Assembly: GCA_036229005.1 (NCBI GenBank)
Contig: JAZAMN010000059.1
Location: 96,001 to 160,000 of the forward strand
Direction of reading: 5' to 3'
Source of the DNA: Myxococcota bacterium
Lineage (GTDB): Bacteria > Myxococcota_A > UBA796 > CAJQPC01
DNA length: 64,000 nt
Both the position numbers and the translations under genes were made by a program. The notes below the pieces were generated by a model. That model had not been told where the DNA came from. It ran no database searches and was given only the letters and a program-made list of their open reading frames with translations. This document shows positions 9,308-18,750 of this stretch, piece after piece. The number at the start of each line of letters is the position of its first letter. The stretch's first letter is position 1.

Positions 9308-10327
9308 GTGCAGCGCGTCCGAATCCACGAACACGGCGGAGTCGACGTGCTCCGCCGCGAGACCGTCCCCACCCCCGAGCCCGGCCCTGGCCAGGTGCGC
9401 ATCCGCGTCCGCGCTGTAGGCCTGAACCACCTGGATCTCTGGGTTCGCCGAGGCGTTCCCGGGCACCGATTCCCCCTGCCCATGGTCCCCGGCAGCGACA
9501 TCGCCGGCGTCGTGGAGACCGGGCCCCGCGCCGGGGAGCGCGTCGTCCTGCACCCCGGGACGAGCTGTGGACTCTGCCCGGCCTGCCAGTCCGGCCAGCA
9601 GGATCTCTGCCGCCACTACGAGATCCGCGGCGAGGGCGGCGACGGCGGCATGTCCGAGCGGATCGTCTGCGATGAGGCCGATCTCATCCCCATCCCCGAG
9701 CACCTGGACTTCGCCCAGGCCGCCTCCCTCCCTCTGTCTGGACTGACCGCGTGGCACATGCTCCGCAAGGCTGGGCTCCAAGCGGGTGAGACGCTGCTGG
9801 TGCTGGGCGGGACCAGCGGCGTGGGGCACCTGGCCATCCAGATCGGGCGCCTCCTGGGCGCGCGTGTCCTCGCCACGGCCGGGAGTGCAGAGAAGCGCGA
9901 GCGCTGCCTGTCGCTGGGTGCAGAGCAGGCCTTCGACCACCGCGATCTGGCCCCCTTCCATCGCCAGGTCAAGGCGGCCACCCAGGGCGCGGGGGCGCAC
10001 GTGGTCTTCGAGCACATCGGCGCGGTCACCTGGGAGCGCTCCCTCAAGTCCCTGGCTTGGGGCGGTCGGCTGGTGACCTGCGGGGCGACCACCGGCGCCG
10101 AGGTGCCCCTGAACCTGCGGGCACTCTTCTTCAAGCGACAGAGCCTGATCGGCAGCACCATGGGGAGTCGGGGGGACCAGCTTGCATTCTGGCGGCAGGT
10201 CACGCTCGGCCACATCACCCCGGTCGTGGCCTGTACCTTCCCCTGGGAGGAGCTTGGGCGCGCACACGAGGTGCTGTCGGGTGGAGTCGTCGGAAAGGTT
10301 GTGGTGACCCTTCCAGATGGGGCGTGA
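9308..10327 (+). CDS. Zinc-binding alcohol dehydrogenase/quinone oxidoreductase (MDR family)
   Basis: GLNHLDLW, PGSDIAG, CGLCPAC...C structural zinc site, GGTSGVG, GSTMG. Confidence 0.92.
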   Translation: MQRVRIHEHGGVDVLRRETVPTPEPGPGQVRIRVRAVGLNHLDLWVRRGVPGHRFPLPMVPGSDIAGVVETGPRAGERVVLHPGTSCGLCPACQSGQQDLCRHYEIRGEGGDGGMSERIVCDEADLIPIPEHLDFAQAASLPLSGLTAWHMLRKAGLQAGETLLVLGGTSGVGHLAIQIGRLLGARVLATAGSAEKRERCLSLGAEQAFDHRDLAPFHRQVKAATQGAGAHVVFEHIGAVTWERSLKSLAWGGRLVTCGATTGAEVPLNLRALFFKRQSLIGSTMGSRGDQLAFWRQVTLGHITPVVACTFPWEELGRAHEVLSGGVVGKVVVTLPDGA

Positions 10328-10390
10328 TTCCCCCTGCCCCCTCTTGAACCCCGGGGCCTCTTCCGATCGCGTCCAAGGAGGAGGTTCTCT

Positions 10391-11776
10391 GTGTCTTCTA
10401 CGAGCACACCACTTGACCGCTTGCTGCACCCCATCAAGCGCTTCGCATCGCTGGACATCTCCGGCGGCATCCTGCTGATCGCCTGCACCGTCGCGGCGCT
10501 GGTCTGGGCCAACAGCCCCTGGCACGACAGCTACCACCACCTCTGGCACACCCCGGTGGGCTTCGCCCTGGGCAGCTTCCAGGTGGAGATGAGCCTGCAC
10601 CACTGGATCAACGACGGGCTGATGGCCCTGTTCTTCCTGGTCGTGGGGCTGGAGATCAAGCGCGAGCTGCTGGTCGGCGAGCTCTCGTCCTTCAAGGCGG
10701 CGGCGCTGCCGGTGGCCGCAGCGGTCGGCGGTATGGCCGTCCCCGCCGCGATCTACGTCGCGTTCAACTACGGCACCGAGAGCGCCGGCGGCTGGGGCAT
10801 CCCCACCGCCACCGACATCGCCTTCGCCCTGGGCATCCTCTCCCTGCTGGGCAAGCGCGTGCCGGTGAGCCTCAAGCTCTTCCTCACCGCGCTGGCCGTG
10901 GTCGATGACCTGGGCGCCGTGCTCGTGATCGCCTTCTTCTACACCGCCGAGGTCAAGCTCTGGGCCCTGGGCGCCGCCGGCGGCGTGTTCGGCGCCATGC
11001 TGGTCCTCAACCGCATGGGCCTGCGCAACGTGGGCGTCTACGGCCTGCTCGGCCTGGGCCTGTGGGGCTTCCTGCTGGCGTCCGGTGTGCACGCCACCCT
11101 CGCGGGCGTGATGACCGCCATCGCCATCCCCAGCACCCGGCACCTGGTCGACACCGACCACCTGCCCATGCAGGGCCACCTGACCCTGCGCGAGCTGATT
11201 CAGGGCGAGCACGACCACGCCCACGTGGGCCACGCGCTGCACGCAACCGAGAGCCCGATGCACCGGGTGGAGCACGCGCTCCTGCCCTTCATCGACTTCC
11301 TGATCATGCCAGTGTTCGCCCTGGCGAACGCCGGCCTGACGCTGCACGGGTCCCCCACCGAGGCGCTGGCCTCCAACGTGGGCATGGGCGTGCTGCTCGG
11401 CCTCTTCGTCGGCAAGCAGCTCGGCGTGTTCGGCGCCTCCTACCTGGCGGTGAAGTCCGGGCTGGCCAAGCTCCCAGGCAACCTGCGCTGGGGACAGATC
11501 TACGGCGCCGCGCTGCTCGCGGGCATCGGCTTCACCATGAGCCTGTTCGTGACCGGCCTGGCCTTCGCCGACCCGGCCATGGTGGACAACGCCAAGCTGG
11601 GCATCCTGGGCGGCTCCCTGATCTCCGCGGTCGCGGGCGCTGGGCTCCTGATCTGGCAGGCCCGCGCGCACAAGGTCAGCGAAGACACCCTGCCCCAGGT
11701 CGCGGTCGAAGCGCCCCAGGGCTCTCTCGCGGCCAACAGCCCCATGGTCGAGGCCGAGGACCAGGAGGCAGCCTGA
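10391..11776 (+). CDS. nhaA: Na+/H+ antiporter NhaA
   Basis: WINDGLMALFF, GLEIKRE, ATDIAFALG, LAVVDDLG, GIGFTMSLF. Confidence 0.97.
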   Translation: MSSTSTPLDRLLHPIKRFASLDISGGILLIACTVAALVWANSPWHDSYHHLWHTPVGFALGSFQVEMSLHHWINDGLMALFFLVVGLEIKRELLVGELSSFKAAALPVAAAVGGMAVPAAIYVAFNYGTESAGGWGIPTATDIAFALGILSLLGKRVPVSLKLFLTALAVVDDLGAVLVIAFFYTAEVKLWALGAAGGVFGAMLVLNRMGLRNVGVYGLLGLGLWGFLLASGVHATLAGVMTAIAIPSTRHLVDTDHLPMQGHLTLRELIQGEHDHAHVGHALHATESPMHRVEHALLPFIDFLIMPVFALANAGLTLHGSPTEALASNVGMGVLLGLFVGKQLGVFGASYLAVKSGLAKLPGNLRWGQIYGAALLAGIGFTMSLFVTGLAFADPAMVDNAKLGILGGSLISAVAGAGLLIWQARAHKVSEDTLPQVAVEAPQGSLAANSPMVEAEDQEAA

Positions 11777-11782
11777 TCGGAA

Positions 11783-11809
11783 GGCGGCCCTCTACCGAAG
11801 GGGGCCGTC
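11783..11809. terminator. GC-rich hairpin between convergent nhaA and MCP-like genes
   Basis: GGCGGCCCTCT / AGGGGGCCGTC stem with G-U pairs; no U tract. Confidence 0.35.
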
Positions 11810-11813
11810 GCGC

Positions 11814-12686
11814 TCAGAAGAGGAGGACGTCTCCCGCCTCGGGGGACTCCTCCTCTTCCTCGTTCAGGACGGTCCCGTCGGCGTCGATCCCCGTCAGCGC
11901 CGCCAGGAGTCCCGCGGGTCCATCCGCGAAGACGGCCTGGACGCCGAGCATCTCCAGCTCGCTCAGCCGCTGCTCGAGCCCATCGATCATCGACAGGTGC
12001 TCCCGGGCGGCGGCGCCATCGGCCTTGAGCGCGCCCACGCGGCCCTGGGTCTCCCGCAGCGCCTCGTCGACGCTCCGGGTCATGCGCGTGGTGTGCTCAC
12101 CGAACTCGGACTCGATTCGCTCGACCTCCGCGGCCAGCGCCTGGGTCTCGGCCATGAGCTGCTTGGAGCTGGCCTCGAGCGCCGGGAGCTGCCGGCGCAG
12201 GTCCGTGACGCGCCCCGCCAGCTCATTCGACGTGGTCGCGACGTCAGCGGACAGGTCCTGCATGTGCCGGGCGACGCTGCCGACGGTGGCGCCCTGGCTG
12301 CCAAGCTGGGAGGCGCTCACGGCGGTGTTCACCGCCAGCATGTTGGCCTCGTGCGCGAGCTCCTCCATGTCGTTCCGGACCTCCTCGATCCGGGCGCAGC
12401 CCTGCGACAGGGAGTCCACCAGAGCGCCCTGCTCCTGCACCAACTCCACCAGCTCCTGGTTGAACACCTGCAGCGTGCGGCTCTGCTCGTCCAGGGCGCG
12501 TCGCAAGGCGGCGCGACCGCCCCCATCTTCGACCGCGGCTTCGAGCTGCTCGGCAGCCGTGGTGGCCCGGTGCTCCACCTCGGAGACCTCGTGGATCAGG
12601 GCCGCGATGGCGATCTGCGCGTCCGTGCGCGCCTTCTTGCAGCGGGAGCCGAGCTCCAGTCCATAGCGGGCCAGGTGGGCAGACAT
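11814..12686 (-). CDS. Soluble methyl-accepting chemotaxis-like coiled-coil protein
   Basis: ELAHEANMLAVNTAVSASQLGSQGATVGSVARHMQDLS is a divergent MCP signalling hairpin; no TM segment. Confidence 0.75.
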   Translation of the reverse strand: MSAHLARYGLELGSRCKKARTDAQIAIAALIHEVSEVEHRATTAAEQLEAAVEDGGGRAALRRALDEQSRTLQVFNQELVELVQEQGALVDSLSQGCARIEEVRNDMEELAHEANMLAVNTAVSASQLGSQGATVGSVARHMQDLSADVATTSNELAGRVTDLRRQLPALEASSKQLMAETQALAAEVERIESEFGEHTTRMTRSVDEALRETQGRVGALKADGAAAREHLSMIDGLEQRLSELEMLGVQAVFADGPAGLLAALTGIDADGTVLNEEEEESPEAGDVLLF

Positions 12687-12713
12687 GGGTACTCCAGGGT
12701 GGGCCGGGGGGCA

Positions 12714-13622
12714 TCAGAACAGCAGGGCCTCGCCAGCGGCGGGGGCGTCTTCTTCGTCGTCGCGGTAGAGCGCGTGGGCTGCGTCGTGGGCGAAGCCTGC
12801 GCCAAAGTAGAAGGGCTCAGCGTCCGGCTCTCCGCTGTCCCTGCGGGCCTCGGCCATCAAGGGATCCAGGCGCTGGAGGGCCTGAATCATGGGGTCCTGG
12901 AACTGGAGCGCGGAGAGCGCCCTGTGGGAAGCGCTGACCGCACGCTCGACCTGCTTGAGACAGGCGGCGAAGCGGTCCGAGAGCCCGCCGGAGAGCTGCG
13001 CGGCGGCCTTGTTGATGCTGCGGGAGTGCCGCCACATGGAGCGCCGGAGCTCCTCGCTGCGGACCAGCCCCTCCCGGAGACGCCGAAGCAGCGCCGGCAG
13101 CGCCTCGCTGAGCACGCCGATCAACGCCACGACGTCCTCGCTTGCGCCCTCCATCCGCTGCCCCAGCGCGAGCAGCTTGGCGGCCAGGCCGTTGATCTCC
13201 ATTCCCTGAGACGCCAGCACAGCCCCCTCGACCCGGACATGAACGCTGAGCAGGCGCGCGGACTGGATCCCACGCCGCAGCGACATGTGGGTTGCCAGCA
13301 CGTGCGTGGCGATCTCGGAGAGCGCCTCGACCTGCTCCATCTGCGCGCGCATGCACACGGCGATGCGGTCCAGCACGCCGGTCAGCCGCTGGTGCTGCTC
13401 CTGACTCAGCTCCCCCAGCCGGTCGAGCTGAAGGGTGTCCTGCAGGCCGTTGAGGGTCTCGACGTGCGCCTCGGCGAGCTCGACCATGTGGCCGACGCGC
13501 CCGCCGATCTCCAGGACCTCCCGCTCGGAGTAGGTGCTCAGGTCCCGGAGCGCCGTCGCGATGGCCTGGTGAAGGGCCTGGTGCGGGCTCTCAGGGGTCA
13601 GTTCGATCGCTGCTGCAGACAA
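12714..13622 (-). CDS. Soluble MCP-like protein with QFQD motif
   Basis: Degenerate hairpin ARLLSVHVRVEGAVLASQG and ALSALQFQDPMIQ. TTG start at 13622 follows AGGAGG; the ORF track starts at 13649. Confidence 0.7.
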   Translation of the reverse strand: MSAAAIELTPESPHQALHQAIATALRDLSTYSEREVLEIGGRVGHMVELAEAHVETLNGLQDTLQLDRLGELSQEQHQRLTGVLDRIAVCMRAQMEQVEALSEIATHVLATHMSLRRGIQSARLLSVHVRVEGAVLASQGMEINGLAAKLLALGQRMEGASEDVVALIGVLSEALPALLRRLREGLVRSEELRRSMWRHSRSINKAAAQLSGGLSDRFAACLKQVERAVSASHRALSALQFQDPMIQALQRLDPLMAEARRDSGEPDAEPFYFGAGFAHDAAHALYRDDEEDAPAAGEALLF

Positions 13623-13737
13623 GGCACACCCTCCTGGTGCTGTCTGCATTCACGGCCGGAGGGCCCGCGGCTTGACCAAAATCCCCGCACAGCCCATCAG
13701 GCGGATCGAAGCGAAGTCAGTCAGGATCGGCCTCTCA

Positions 13738-15564
13738 CTACTCCTTCTCCGGGGGGAGCTTGGACCGGTCGATGTTCGGGAGCCCCCGTCCCCGCCCCTG
13801 GCGGGCCTCCCGCGGTCCCCGCGTCCGGCCCTTGCTGGCCCGGGTGGACCCGCTTCCTTGCGATCCTCCCGCCTGCGAGGTGCGGCTGCCCGCCTCCCCA
13901 CTCCCGGACCTGGGCGTGGCCTTCGCCGAGCTGCCTTGGGTCTGCTGGGACTGGGGCTTGGCTGCACCGGCGCGGGCTGCGCGCCCGCCGGTGGCTGCGC
14001 CGCTGCGCGCTCCGGACGCTCCCGCGCCGCCGCTCGGCCCCGGGCCGCCGGCTCCACCGGCAGCGCCCGCCGGACGCGGACGCCCGCCGGCTCCACCGGC
14101 TCCAGCGCCACCACCGGCTCCCGCCGACCCCGGCCCAGTCGCACCGCTGGGTCCACTCCCGGAGCCACCGCCGCTTGGCCCGGCTCCGCCTGCTCCACCG
14201 GCACCGCCCGGCCGCGGCCGACCGCCGGCTCCAGCGCCACCGGCTCCAGCGCCCGCCGGGCGCGGACGCCCGCCAGCCCCGGCTCCACCGGCTCCGCCGG
14301 CTCCAGCGCCTGCCGGACGCGGACGCCCGCCGGCTCCGGCACCACCGGCACCAGCGCCCGCCGGGCGCGGACGCCCGCCGGCTCCGGCTCCGCCGGCTCC
14401 ACCGCCCGGCCCAGTCGCCCCGCTCGGACCACTCCCCGAGCCACCGCCGCTCGGCCCAGCGCCCCCGGCTCCCCCGGCTCCAGCGCCCGCCGGACGCGGA
14501 CGCCCGCCAGCTCCGGCACCACCGGCACCAGCCCCAGTGCCCGGCCGCGGCCGGCCACCCGCACTGCCACCGGCTCCCGCCGAACCCGGCCCAGTCGCCC
14601 CGCTCGGACCACTCCCCGAGCCACCGCCGCTCGGCCCGGCTCCACCGGCTCCCCCGGCTCCAGCGCCCGCCGGACGCGGCCCCCCGCCGGCTCCACCGGC
14701 TCCACCGCCCGCGGGGCGCGAACTCCCGCCGGCACCGCCCGCCGGACGCGGACGCCCGCCGGCTCCACTGCCGCCGGCTCCACCGGCTCCACCGGCTCCA
14801 GCACCACCAGCCCCCGGACGCGACCGACCGCCGGCTCCAGCACCACCAGCCCCAGCGCCACCGCGCCCCGCCGCGCCACCGCGCCCAGCGCCAGCCGCAC
14901 CTCGACTGCGGGCGGATCCCCCCGAGGTGCCGGGTGCGCCACCCCGGCCAGAGGGTGAGCCCCCAGCCCCGGCGGCACCAGGCGCCTCTTGATCCACCCC
15001 AGCCGCAGCCTGGACCGCGTCCACGCCTGCCTGCGCGCCGTCGATTTGACCGCCCATCGCGCCCAGCCCACCCAGCACGGGGTCCAGCGCGTCGCCCAGG
15101 CCCACCTGCTCCAGCAGATCGTCGGCCTGCTGCACGGTCTCCTTGGCCTCGCCCAGGAAGGCCTCCATCTCGTCCAGGGCCTCCTCGACCGGCTCGGTGA
15201 CCTGGAGGATGAGCTCCTGGGCCTTCTCCTGCCACTCCTGGAAGTCGAGCTGGTCCGCGATCTGCTGCTCCAGGCTCCGCACCGCGCCCATGGCCTGCTC
15301 TGCGAAGGGGTTGCTCCCGAGCTGACCACCCAGCGCGTCACTGAGGGGCGTGAAGTCCCCGGTCAGCGCCTCGTTGAGGCCCCCCAGAGCCCCTCCGGCC
15401 CCTCCGGCCCCTGCACCCGCGGCACCGGCGGCGCCTCCAGCACCTGCACCGGCGCCTGCGCCCGCTCCCCCTGAAGCAGCAGCGCCCCCACCGCTGCCCT
15501 TGGGGCGCGCAGGGGGGTGCTTGTGAGCGGCCGCGGAAAGGGCCTTCTTGGGCTTGGCTGCCAT
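13738..15564 (-). CDS. Gly/Ala-rich low-complexity repeat protein with a central acidic helical domain
   Basis: 608-aa ORF, same strand as its neighbours, with a protein-like central segment (EQQIADQLDFQEWQEKAQELILQ). Confidence 0.7.
   Translation of the reverse strand: MAAKPKKALSAAAHKHPPARPKGSGGGAAASGGAGAGAGAGAGGAAGAAGAGAGGAGGALGGLNEALTGDFTPLSDALGGQLGSNPFAEQAMGAVRSLEQQIADQLDFQEWQEKAQELILQVTEPVEEALDEMEAFLGEAKETVQQADDLLEQVGLGDALDPVLGGLGAMGGQIDGAQAGVDAVQAAAGVDQEAPGAAGAGGSPSGRGGAPGTSGGSARSRGAAGAGRGGAAGRGGAGAGGAGAGGRSRPGAGGAGAGGAGGAGGSGAGGRPRPAGGAGGSSRPAGGGAGGAGGGPRPAGAGAGGAGGAGPSGGGSGSGPSGATGPGSAGAGGSAGGRPRPGTGAGAGGAGAGGRPRPAGAGAGGAGGAGPSGGGSGSGPSGATGPGGGAGGAGAGGRPRPAGAGAGGAGAGGRPRPAGAGAGGAGGAGAGGRPRPAGAGAGGAGAGGRPRPGGAGGAGGAGPSGGGSGSGPSGATGPGSAGAGGGAGAGGAGGRPRPAGAAGGAGGPGPSGGAGASGARSGAATGGRAARAGAAKPQSQQTQGSSAKATPRSGSGEAGSRTSQAGGSQGSGSTRASKGRTRGPREARQGRGRGLPNIDRSKLPPEKE
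14000..14880 (-). repeat. Coding tandem repeats: GGRPRP x8 and GPSGGGSGSGPSGATGPG x3 in Gly-Ala spacers
   Basis: Counted in the translation; DNA-level repeats such as GGACGCCCGCC and CCCAGTCGC are visible. Boundaries approximate. Confidence 0.85.
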
Positions 15565-15626
15565 GGGGGAGACCTTCGGTGCTCCGGAAGTCTACCGCCT
15601 GCAGCCCAGCCCGACAAAGGCCACAA

Positions 15627-17792
15627 TCAGACCAGGAAGAGCATCTCGCGGTACTTGGGCAGCGGCCAGCGGGCGTCGGCCACCAGGCCCTCCAGGCGAT
15701 CCACCACGGAGCGGGCGGCCTCCAGCGCGGGGACCACCTTCTCGGAGACCGCGCGGGTGTCGTGACCAGCCTCCTCGGCGGCCGCGTCGATGGCCTTCAT
15801 GGCGCCCTGCAGCTCGACCAGGGCGGTACCCAGGGCGATCAGGTGCTCCTTCTCGGGGCCATAGTCCAGGCCCAGCTCCTCGAGGCTCTCGGCGCCCTTG
15901 GCGACCTCGGCGCGCTCGGCGAGCACCACGGGGATGATCTGCTCGTTCACGATGAGCTTGAGGGTGTCGCGCTCGATGTCCACGGCGGTCAGGTACTGCT
16001 CGGTGTAGACGTTGAAGCGGCTGGCCACCTCGTCGCCGGAGAGCACGCCCTGCTTGGCGAAGAGCTCGACCACCTCGGCGAGCTGCAGCTCAGCCAGGGC
16101 CTCGGGGGTGGTGCGCAGGTTCTTGAGGCCACGCTTCTCGGCCTCGACCACCCACTCCTCGCTGTAGCCGTCGCCCTCGAAGCGCACGGGCGCGGACTCG
16201 ACCAGGGCCTTGCGGATGGCCTTGAATGCGGCGGCCTCGCCCCCCCCGAGCTCCGCGATCCACGCGGTGATCTGCTGCATGCCCTCAGCGACGATGGTGT
16301 TGAGCACCGTCACGGGCCAGGCGGGGTTCTGGGTGGAGCCCACCGCGCGCAGCTCGAACTTGTTGCCGGTGAAGGCCAGGGGGCTGGTGCGGTTGCGGTC
16401 GGTGTTGTCCTTGACCACGTTGGGCAGGGTCGCGACGCCCACGTCGAGCAGCGCCTGCTCGGGGGTGCGGGTGCCCAGCTCGCCCTCTGCGATCTGGTCG
16501 CAGATGCGGGTCAGGGTCTCGCCCAGGAAGACGGACATGATGGCCGGGGGGGCCTCGTTGGCGCCCAGGCGGAAGTCGTTGCTGTGGCTGGCGACGGCCG
16601 CGCGGAGCAAGCCACCGTAGCGCTGCACGCCCAGCAGGACGCTGGCCAGCACAGCCAGGAAGCGCAGGTTCTCCTGGGGCTGCTCGCCGGGCTCCAGCAG
16701 GTTCTCCCCGCCGGCGCTCATGGACCAGTTGTTGTGCTTGCCCGAGCCGTTGATGTTGGCGAAGGGCTTCTCGTGCAGCACCACCTTGAAGTCGTGGCGC
16801 AGCGCCACGCGCTTGAGCACCTCGGCGATCAGCTGGTTGTGATCGACGCCGACGTTGGCCTCGCGGAAGATGGGCGCCAGCTCGAACTGGCTGGGGGCCA
16901 CCTCGTTGTGGCGGGTCTTGGCGGGCACGCCCAGCAGGTAGAGCTCCTGCTCGACCTCCTGCATGAAGCTGGCCACGCGCGGCGGGATGGCGCCGAAGTA
17001 GTGGTCGTCCAGGCTCTGACCCTTGGGGGGGTTGGCGCCCACGACGGTGCGGCCGGCGATCGCCAGGTCAGGGCGCAGGGCCCAGTAGGCGCGGTCGATC
17101 AGGAAGTACTCCTGCTCACAGCCCAGGGTGCTCACCACGCGGATCGGCTCGCGGCCCAAGGCGCTCAGAAGGCCCCGGGCGGCCTTGTCGGCGGCGGCCA
17201 TGGAGCGCAGCAGCGGGGTCTTCTTGTCCAGCGCCTGGCCGGTGTAGCTGATGAACGCGCTGGGGATGCACAGGGTGGAGCCGCTCTCGCCCTCCATGAT
17301 GAACATGGGGCTGGAGGGGTCCCAGGCGGTGTAGCCGCGGGCCTCGAAGGTGGTGCGCACGCCGCCGCTGGGGAAGCTGGAGGCGTCGGGCTCGGACTGG
17401 ATCAGCATGGCGCCGGAGAAGCGCTCGATCGCGGTGTCCCCGCCGGTGAAGTCCAGGAAGCTGTCGTGCTTCTCGGCGGTGGCGCCGGTCATGGGCTGGA
17501 ACCAGTGGGTGAAGTGGGTCGCGCCCTGCTCCAGGGCCCACTCCTTGACCGCGTGGGCGACAGAGGTGGCGACCTCTTCGTCCAGAGTCGCGCCCTCCTC
17601 GATGACGGCCTTCACCTTCTTGAACACGGGCTTGGGCAGCTTGGACTGCATGACCTCCACAGAGAAGGTCTTCTGCCCAAAGAGCTTGGCGACCCCTTGC
17701 ACCCGCCCGTCCGGACCGACGGGGCGGTCGAGGACCCGGGGCTTCCTGGAGTTGGCGGTGGCGACAGCGGCAAAGCGAGCGGACGCGGGCAT
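15627..17792 (-). CDS. glnN: Glutamine synthetase type III
   Basis: THFTHWFQP, EPDASSFPSGG, TFEARGYTAWD, HNEVAP, NGSGKHNNWS, DRNRTSP, WPLPKYREMLF; ATG 17792 with RBS. Confidence 0.96.
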   Translation of the reverse strand: MPASARFAAVATANSRKPRVLDRPVGPDGRVQGVAKLFGQKTFSVEVMQSKLPKPVFKKVKAVIEEGATLDEEVATSVAHAVKEWALEQGATHFTHWFQPMTGATAEKHDSFLDFTGGDTAIERFSGAMLIQSEPDASSFPSGGVRTTFEARGYTAWDPSSPMFIMEGESGSTLCIPSAFISYTGQALDKKTPLLRSMAAADKAARGLLSALGREPIRVVSTLGCEQEYFLIDRAYWALRPDLAIAGRTVVGANPPKGQSLDDHYFGAIPPRVASFMQEVEQELYLLGVPAKTRHNEVAPSQFELAPIFREANVGVDHNQLIAEVLKRVALRHDFKVVLHEKPFANINGSGKHNNWSMSAGGENLLEPGEQPQENLRFLAVLASVLLGVQRYGGLLRAAVASHSNDFRLGANEAPPAIMSVFLGETLTRICDQIAEGELGTRTPEQALLDVGVATLPNVVKDNTDRNRTSPLAFTGNKFELRAVGSTQNPAWPVTVLNTIVAEGMQQITAWIAELGGGEAAAFKAIRKALVESAPVRFEGDGYSEEWVVEAEKRGLKNLRTTPEALAELQLAEVVELFAKQGVLSGDEVASRFNVYTEQYLTAVDIERDTLKLIVNEQIIPVVLAERAEVAKGAESLEELGLDYGPEKEHLIALGTALVELQGAMKAIDAAAEEAGHDTRAVSEKVVPALEAARSVVDRLEGLVADARWPLPKYREMLFLV

Positions 17793-17949
17793 GTGTTCCT
17801 TCCGGTGTGGGGTCGTTCTCGGCTCGGTTCCAAGAGCCATGACAGGGCGTGTCTAGCCGGTCGCTGTGTGAACACCCGTGACGGTTGACCAACAGTCGCC
17901 CCCCTGCGTCACTGACTGGGCATACACGCAGACGCATAATCATGCACCT

Positions 17950-18663
17950 TCAGTCCACCACCAGAAAGGGCCCGAAGCTGCCCCGCTTGTGCCCCATGGT
18001 CCCCGACCTGGTCCTCAAAACCGACACCCCGCCGTCCAGGTAGAGCGCCTCACGACAGCCCAGCGCCGCGCTGGCGAACTCGGCCGCCGTATACAGACTC
18101 ACCGCGCGGTGGGAGATGAACAGCACCACCGTGTCCCCCTCCGACACACAGGCCCCATTCCGCGTGTACGTCGACGTCGACGCCGGGTTCAGCTCCGGGT
18201 GGATCCGCCCCTGGTGGACCAACAGCGGCCCGGACTGCGTCGCAAATCCGACACCCTCAGGCGGGCCCGCAGCCCACGCGGTCGACTCCACGATCCAGGC
18301 GCCGCCCGATCCCCACGCGAGCACCCCGTTGGGCTTGATGAAGAAGTTCCCGCCGCCCCCCGGCCCCAGCTCCAGCGGCGCGTGCTCCACGCCATCCTGG
18401 ATCAGCAGCCCCACCGGCCGCAGGTCCTTGAGGTACATCCCCGCGTTCATCGCCAGGGTGACCTCGCCGAGCTCCGCCAGCGTGTGGGGGTCCGTGGGCT
18501 CCCCGCCGGTCAAGCGGAGCGCCTGCTGGTCCAGCTCCACCCGGATCACCTCCCAGGCCTCCCCCTTGTGCTCCACCCGAAGCTGCGTGAGCCCCGGCAA
18601 GGAGCTGGCTTGGGAGGCGCTGCAAGACAGCATTCCCATCATCAGAGCAATCGTGGGTTGCAT
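17950..18663 (-). CDS. Phosphodiester glycosidase family (NAGPA/YigE-like) exported protein
   Basis: MNAGMY, GNFFIKPNGV, ATQSGPLL, ALYLDGG; GGAGG RBS before ATG 18663. Confidence 0.88.
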   Translation of the reverse strand: MQPTIALMMGMLSCSASQASSLPGLTQLRVEHKGEAWEVIRVELDQQALRLTGGEPTDPHTLAELGEVTLAMNAGMYLKDLRPVGLLIQDGVEHAPLELGPGGGGNFFIKPNGVLAWGSGGAWIVESTAWAAGPPEGVGFATQSGPLLVHQGRIHPELNPASTSTYTRNGACVSEGDTVVLFISHRAVSLYTAAEFASAALGCREALYLDGGVSVLRTRSGTMGHKRGSFGPFLVVD

Positions 18664-18717
18664 CACACCTCCAGACTCCGGGCCCCAGCGAGGACACGCT
18701 GGCCCACTCGACACCGT

Positions 18718-18733
18718 TGCAGGCCCCGTGCCA
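18718..18733 (-). promoter_or_regulatory. Putative sigma-54 promoter for the YigE-like gene
   Basis: Minus strand TGGCACG-GGGC-CTGCA, with correct GG-N10-GC spacing, about 55 nt upstream of the start codon. Confidence 0.6.
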
Positions 18734-18750
18734 GCCCCCCCCTTGCGCCC

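Noticed and set aside
13760..14992. 410-aa Pro-rich plus-strand ORF and other long ORFs over the repeat
   Set aside because: The GC-rich repeat is open in most frames; only the minus-strand 608-aa frame joins a protein-like domain and fits the local gene orientation.
17793..17949. Possible NtrC site or riboswitch upstream of GS type III (GCAT-AATC-ATGC palindrome)
   Set aside because: Spacing does not match the NtrC consensus, and I saw no convincing sigma-54 box or RNA motif.
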